Assembly: GCA_016839745.1 (NCBI GenBank)
Contig: JAEOTS010000025.1
Coordinates: 14,413 to 78,412 of the forward strand
Direction of reading: 5' to 3'
Length of the DNA stretch: 64,000 nucleotides
DNA from: Promethearchaeota archaeon
Lineage (GTDB): Archaea > Asgardarchaeota > Lokiarchaeia > Sigyniarchaeales > SOKP01
Numbering within the stretch: the stretch's first letter is position 1; every line of letters starts with the position of its first letter. Below, one piece after another: positions 59,914 through 64,000 of this stretch. The notes under the pieces are model-generated. The model was not told the DNA's origin. It saw nothing but the letters and a program-made list of their open reading frames with translations, and did no database searches. Made by a program: the position numbers and the translations under genes.

Positions 59914-60702
59914 TTATTTATTTCTCGATGGAATTAGTGCTATTTCGTCATCATCATCAATATAATAGTCCCTAATTTGCTTAGTTTCGTCTAATAATAT
60001 TCCACCCGTGGAAAGTAGAAAATCTTCTAAACCGTAATCAAACAGAATTCCAACTTGTTCTTTGAATGTACTTATTAAATCGGAGGCTTCAATGATGATT
60101 ATTTTAGTTTTTTCACCCGGTTCGACTAATGATCTTATGTAAACGCGTAATTTGTCATCCATTCCAATTGTGTGTAGTGGAGGGTTGTAATTTATCAGAT
60201 CATCTGTTATGTTTTTATTTTTCAAAATATCTTCAATTAGCTGTTTTCTCTCACCTGTTTCAAAATATAACATTTCTCTGAGAAAAAAGATTTTATCCAT
60301 TTTAGAAAATCCTAACAAATTAATTTTATCTAGTTCTTCCTGATTGAAAAGTGTAAAAATATAATCATCTATTGATTCAATATTTTCAAAAGATTCATCA
60401 GTATGAGCGTATTGATCTACCAATGGCATGGCTTCGAAATAATCTTCAATTAGATCACTTGATATTCCCTTGATTGTTTTTGACTTCTTATAATATTTAT
60501 CTTTTTCTAACCTCTTTGCGGGACTACTTTTATAACTAATAATGGTATAGATCGTGCTAGGGGATAATACAACAATACTCCCAATTGTTAGAAAGAGAAA
60601 TAAAGGTAAACTCTCTATTTGTAATAAGAAAAAAATCAAATAGAGTAAAACGAATACAACATAAAGAGTTATGATACTTAAAACTCTATTACTTTTTTTC
60701 AT
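59914..60702 (-). CDS. Membrane-anchored UBL-domain protein (2 TM; C-terminal UBL without terminal Gly)
   Basis: C-terminal 80 aa align with both UBLs (PGEK, LSTGG, DY..DDDEIALIP); ends SRNK. Confidence 0.82.
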   Translation of the reverse strand: MKKSNRVLSIITLYVVFVLLYLIFFLLQIESLPLFLFLTIGSIVVLSPSTIYTIISYKSSPAKRLEKDKYYKKSKTIKGISSDLIEDYFEAMPLVDQYAHTDESFENIESIDDYIFTLFNQEELDKINLLGFSKMDKIFFLREMLYFETGERKQLIEDILKNKNITDDLINYNPPLHTIGMDDKLRVYIRSLVEPGEKTKIIIIEASDLISTFKEQVGILFDYGLEDFLLSTGGILLDETKQIRDYYIDDDDEIALIPSRNK

Positions 60703-60781
60703 GATTTTTTGATTAAATTATTTCCTAATTTTCTAATATATAATTCAAAATATAAAATCCATTGGAATAAATTTGTAAATT

Positions 60782-61459
60782 TTACGTTTCACCATCAATA
60801 ATTGATTTTGTAATTTTCTCATATTTCTCTAAGTCTAATCTAAACAGATTTCTTTTCTTGTCTTTTTCAATTGTTATTAGGTTTAGATCTTTTAATATTT
60901 CAAGGTATTTCTTAACAGTATTATAGTTTCTTTTTAAATTGGTGGCTATTTCCGTAATTTTAAACGGGTCATTTTCTTCTTTCAAAAGGGTGATGATATC
61001 TCTTACAATGTCTTGCTTTAAATAATAATACAACTTATCTAAATCTGAGTTTGAATCATATTCAAATATTATTCTTTGATTCTCGATTTTTTTTGATCTC
61101 GTAAATCTAAATTTTTCTAAACAAGATAAATGCCATAAAGCTTGATTGCTTCCGATTTTGATTGCTTTCATTATATCATTAACATTTGATGGGTTCTTTC
61201 TAATGTAGTTATAGATTTCATTTCTTATCGGATGCTCAATGATATTATTTTTCATTAATTTGGTTCCAGGGATTAGAACTCTTTTTTTAATGAGATTTTT
61301 AATTATGATTTCAATACTATTTTTATTCAAGTTAGGATTAGCTCTTACCCTATTATTGATGAACACTACAATATCTTCTATTGAAAAGAAGGGTTTCTTC
61401 TTTAGATATTCCTTTATTAGATTACAAACAATAGACTGAAGGTTATCCGGAGTGCTCAT
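60782..61459 (-). CDS. Tandem winged-helix (ArsR-like) transcriptional regulator
   Basis: RNEIYNYIRKNP...WHLSCLEK; ITEIATNLKRNYNTVKKYLEIL. Confidence 0.85.
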   Translation of the reverse strand: MSTPDNLQSIVCNLIKEYLKKKPFFSIEDIVVFINNRVRANPNLNKNSIEIIIKNLIKKRVLIPGTKLMKNNIIEHPIRNEIYNYIRKNPSNVNDIMKAIKIGSNQALWHLSCLEKFRFTRSKKIENQRIIFEYDSNSDLDKLYYYLKQDIVRDIITLLKEENDPFKITEIATNLKRNYNTVKKYLEILKDLNLITIEKDKKRNLFRLDLEKYEKITKSIIDGET

Positions 61460-61726
61460 AAGCTCTTAATTTTGATGTGTTGAATTATCAGATTTTTATA
61501 ATCAAATCTTCTCTCTATAACGACATTTTCAAATTTATATATATTAATAGACATTCATTTAATTTATAAATATATTAAATTATGTTTTTTATAATAGATG
61601 CTTGCATTTCAGAAAAAACTCACAAATCTTCAAAATCATTCCAATGGGTTTTTTAATATCATTTTAACGTGTAATTATTAGTCTTAAAAAAAAACTTAAA
61701 TAAAAAAAATAAAGGAAGTGATATGA

Positions 61727-62053
61727 ATGAGTTTTGAAGAAGATTTTAATGAGGAATTAGAACCAGTTAAATCTAAAACCCCATCAAGTAAAACACCCTC
61801 AACAGGCAAAAAGTTGACTTTATATTTTATGTCAACTATTGGTCCTGGTGAAAAGAAGGAAAAGTTGACTGTCAATGATGCAAATCATGTAAGCGATATC
61901 AAACAAACCTTAGGAAATCTATTCGGGCTTGATCCAGACGAATTTCATCTTTCATCTGGAGGAGTTACAATGGACGAGAATAGTCAATTAAAAGACTATA
62001 ATGTTAACGATGGAGACGACATTTTATTAATTCCTGCTAGTACTGCTGGATAA
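61727..62053 (+). CDS. Ubiquitin-like protein B (ends PASTAG)
   Basis: Close paralogue of UBL A; directly upstream of E1 and E2. Confidence 0.9.
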   Translation: MSFEEDFNEELEPVKSKTPSSKTPSTGKKLTLYFMSTIGPGEKKEKLTVNDANHVSDIKQTLGNLFGLDPDEFHLSSGGVTMDENSQLKDYNVNDGDDILLIPASTAG

Positions 62054-62089
62054 ACTTATATATATAATTCTTTTCATAAAATGTAATAA

Positions 62090-62125
62090 AAGGGCTTAAA
62101 GCCCTTCAATTTTTTTATTTTTTTG
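62090..62125 (+). terminator. Hairpin plus T-tract between UBL B and E1
   Basis: AAGGGCT-TAA-AGCCCTT followed by T-rich runs. Confidence 0.55.
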
Positions 62126-62147
62126 ATTAAAATTAACGGTGATAATA

Positions 62148-63371
62148 TTGGGTAAGGATTCAGATTTTTTTGCAAAGGGATTATCAGAAGAAGAGAGAGA
62201 CTTATACGATCGTCAATTTCGTTTAGAAGGATGGTCCCAAAAATTAGTAAAGAAGTCGAGAGTATTAATTGCTGGCGTAGGAGGTTTAGGATGTGAAATT
62301 GCTAAGAATTTAGCAATGTTAGGTGTAGGTCATATAGATCTTGTCGATTTGGATACTATTGAACATTCGAATTTAAATCGCCAAATTCTATTTGTAGGAG
62401 CCAGGTTAGGAGAACCGAAAGCAATTGCTGCTGCAAAAAAATTAGTTGAGATTAATCCTAATATTATCGTTAAAGGATATCACTCATCGTTAGAAAGATT
62501 AGATCCCGCATTATATTATAATGCAGATGTTGTTATTGGAGGTCTTGATTCAATGAACGCAAGATTAAATTTAAACGCTCAATGCATTAGATTTAGAAAG
62601 CCTTTAGTAGATGGAGGGGTTTCTGGTTATTACGGTCACATATATTCAATATTTCCATATCGAAATGCATGTTATGAATGTAACCCATTACCAGATCCAA
62701 AAAACGACGAAATGGCAGCTTGCACTGTGGTTGGTATTCCTAGAAAAAGAATTCATTGTGTTTTTAAAGGAGATATGGCCTTTAAAGATAAATTTGACAG
62801 AGACCCAAATCCTAAAAATGTAGAAGATATTAGATTTATTCAAAAAGTTGCAAATGAACTTGTTACCAAACATGACTTCTTACCTGAATATACTGAAGAT
62901 GATATTGTGAAAATTATTGATCGCCACGATCCTGGGATCATTACAATTAATGCAACTATTTCGGCGTTGCAATCTCATGAAGCGGTTAAAATTCTTCATT
63001 GGAAAAAAGGTCATAAAGGATTGGGTGAGCCCATTACAAGTTACGCAATATTTAATGCTGTAACAATGAAATTATACCACATTGAAAAGAAGAGAAATCC
63101 AGAATGTTCTCAATGTGGTAAAAATGTAAGAAGAGTCGTCATTAAAATGAGGGACAGCTCGCCTTGCATGAATATTATTAAAACGCTAGAAAAAAATGGA
63201 TACAAGTTAGAATCTGAATTTGAACCAGTACTTACTTTATTGGATTTTAATGATATAATAGTTCTTGATTTAGAGCAAAGTCCAATTCAAAATGATTTGA
63301 GGAATTACGAATTTCTCACGGTTGCGGGGTTTGAAGGAGGAGAAGTTTACGTAACCTTAAAATTTAAATAA
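62148..63371 (+). CDS. Ubiquitin-like activating enzyme E1 (ThiF domain, UBA2/UBA3-like catalytic Cys)
   Basis: YDRQ, GVGGLGCE, D.D.IE.SNLNRQ, CYEC, AACTVVGIPR, CSQC; TTG start 5 nt after GGTGA. Confidence 0.92.
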   Translation: MGKDSDFFAKGLSEEERDLYDRQFRLEGWSQKLVKKSRVLIAGVGGLGCEIAKNLAMLGVGHIDLVDLDTIEHSNLNRQILFVGARLGEPKAIAAAKKLVEINPNIIVKGYHSSLERLDPALYYNADVVIGGLDSMNARLNLNAQCIRFRKPLVDGGVSGYYGHIYSIFPYRNACYECNPLPDPKNDEMAACTVVGIPRKRIHCVFKGDMAFKDKFDRDPNPKNVEDIRFIQKVANELVTKHDFLPEYTEDDIVKIIDRHDPGIITINATISALQSHEAVKILHWKKGHKGLGEPITSYAIFNAVTMKLYHIEKKRNPECSQCGKNVRRVVIKMRDSSPCMNIIKTLEKNGYKLESEFEPVLTLLDFNDIIVLDLEQSPIQNDLRNYEFLTVAGFEGGEVYVTLKFK

Positions 63372-63438
63372 AATTTAATCTAAAACACAATTTTAAAATA
63401 AAATTAATAAAAAAAAAAACAAAAACGGGGTTAAGAAT

Positions 63439-63966
63439 ATGAGTATAAGAAGTAGTCGAGTTTCCAGAGATTTTGCTGGACTAAAAAAATTGCTAAAGCA
63501 AGGGACAATCGTCCAATTAAAGCCATTTAATCCAAAAAAAAAGAGCATCAATCACCTAGCTCTAACGATTAAAGGTCCAAAAGGTACGGTTTATGCGGGG
63601 GGATTGTTTAAATTAGAAATGAAGTTTCCTGTTCAATATCCTAAACAGCCTCCATTTGTAAGATTACACACTCCAATATGGCACCCAAATTTTTGGCCAA
63701 AACCTAGTGAATATAAAGGACAAAGAAATATTTGTTTAGCACTAGTAGATCCGTCGCTAGTTGGTAAAAAAGGAGGATGGAGCCCTTCAAAAACAGCAGT
63801 TACAGTTGTCCAAGCAATAATTGCCATGTTAAACACTCGAGGAAAGTTTGTTAATCCAACTGATGTGTTTAATAAAAAAGCAGCCGTGGAAATGATGAAA
63901 AATCAGAAATTATTTGAAAAAAAAGTCAAAAATTTAGTAAAGAAGTATGCCAAGGATAAATGGTGA
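63439..63966 (+). CDS. Ubiquitin-conjugating enzyme E2
   Basis: GPKGTVYAGGLF, FP.QYP..PP, WHPN, ICL catalytic Cys, W.P. Confidence 0.93.
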   Translation: MSIRSSRVSRDFAGLKKLLKQGTIVQLKPFNPKKKSINHLALTIKGPKGTVYAGGLFKLEMKFPVQYPKQPPFVRLHTPIWHPNFWPKPSEYKGQRNICLALVDPSLVGKKGGWSPSKTAVTVVQAIIAMLNTRGKFVNPTDVFNKKAAVEMMKNQKLFEKKVKNLVKKYAKDKW

Positions 63967-63973
63967 TCTTAGA

Positions 63974-64000
63974 ATGAATAGCGATGAAAATAATAGCAAT
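63974..64000 (+). CDS. Start of the next ORF in the UBL operon (MNSDENNSN..., truncated)
   Basis: ATG 7 nt after the E2 stop, whose GGTGA can serve as RBS. Confidence 0.5.

Noticed and set aside
1-64000. tRNA, rRNA, IS elements or integrases
   Set aside because: No GC-rich structured island or transposase/integrase motif seen by eye; tRNAscan-SE and ISEScan would be decisive

Overview
AT-rich (roughly 30% GC by eye) archaeal DNA, most consistent with an Asgard archaeon of the Lokiarchaeia/Promethearchaeota. Support: GGTGA ribosome-binding sites, archaeal AlaRS/DtdA/EndoQ, Rab-like GTPases, a uDENN-like domain and a UBL-E1-E2 cluster. All domain calls are by motif recognition; no database search was run. 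Layout: (1) 1-16.6 kb, anaerobic O2/ROS-defence cluster (rubrerythrin, desulfoferrodoxin, FprA, two rubredoxins missed by the ORF track, NAD(P)H:rubredoxin oxidoreductase, Isf) plus a soluble TIR protein. (2) 17.2-30.2 kb, two paralogous transmembrane TIR receptor-like genes. One is a 3619-aa protein with two family-5 solute-binding domains, beta-helices, 15 Ig-like repeats, a TM helix, a PCI-like domain and a TIR. The pair is bracketed by a diverged duplication with reciprocal pseudogenes. (3) 31-42 kb, uDENN-GTPase fusion and a large thiol-disulfide cluster (Grx, FTR, two CCG proteins, three PDOs, TrxR, ferredoxin, two Lrp). (4) 42-58 kb, mostly housekeeping (dtdA, alaS, ftsZ, EndoQ). (5) 58-64 kb, ubiquitin-like locus with two conjugatable UBLs, a membrane-anchored UBL, a coiled-coil protein, E1 and E2; a psi-[KR]-x-K-T-P motif recurs in three of these proteins. 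The best candidates for new biology are the Toll/IL-1R-like peptide-sensing TIR receptor module and the KTP-motif UBL system. No CRISPR, rRNA, tRNA or transposase was recognised.
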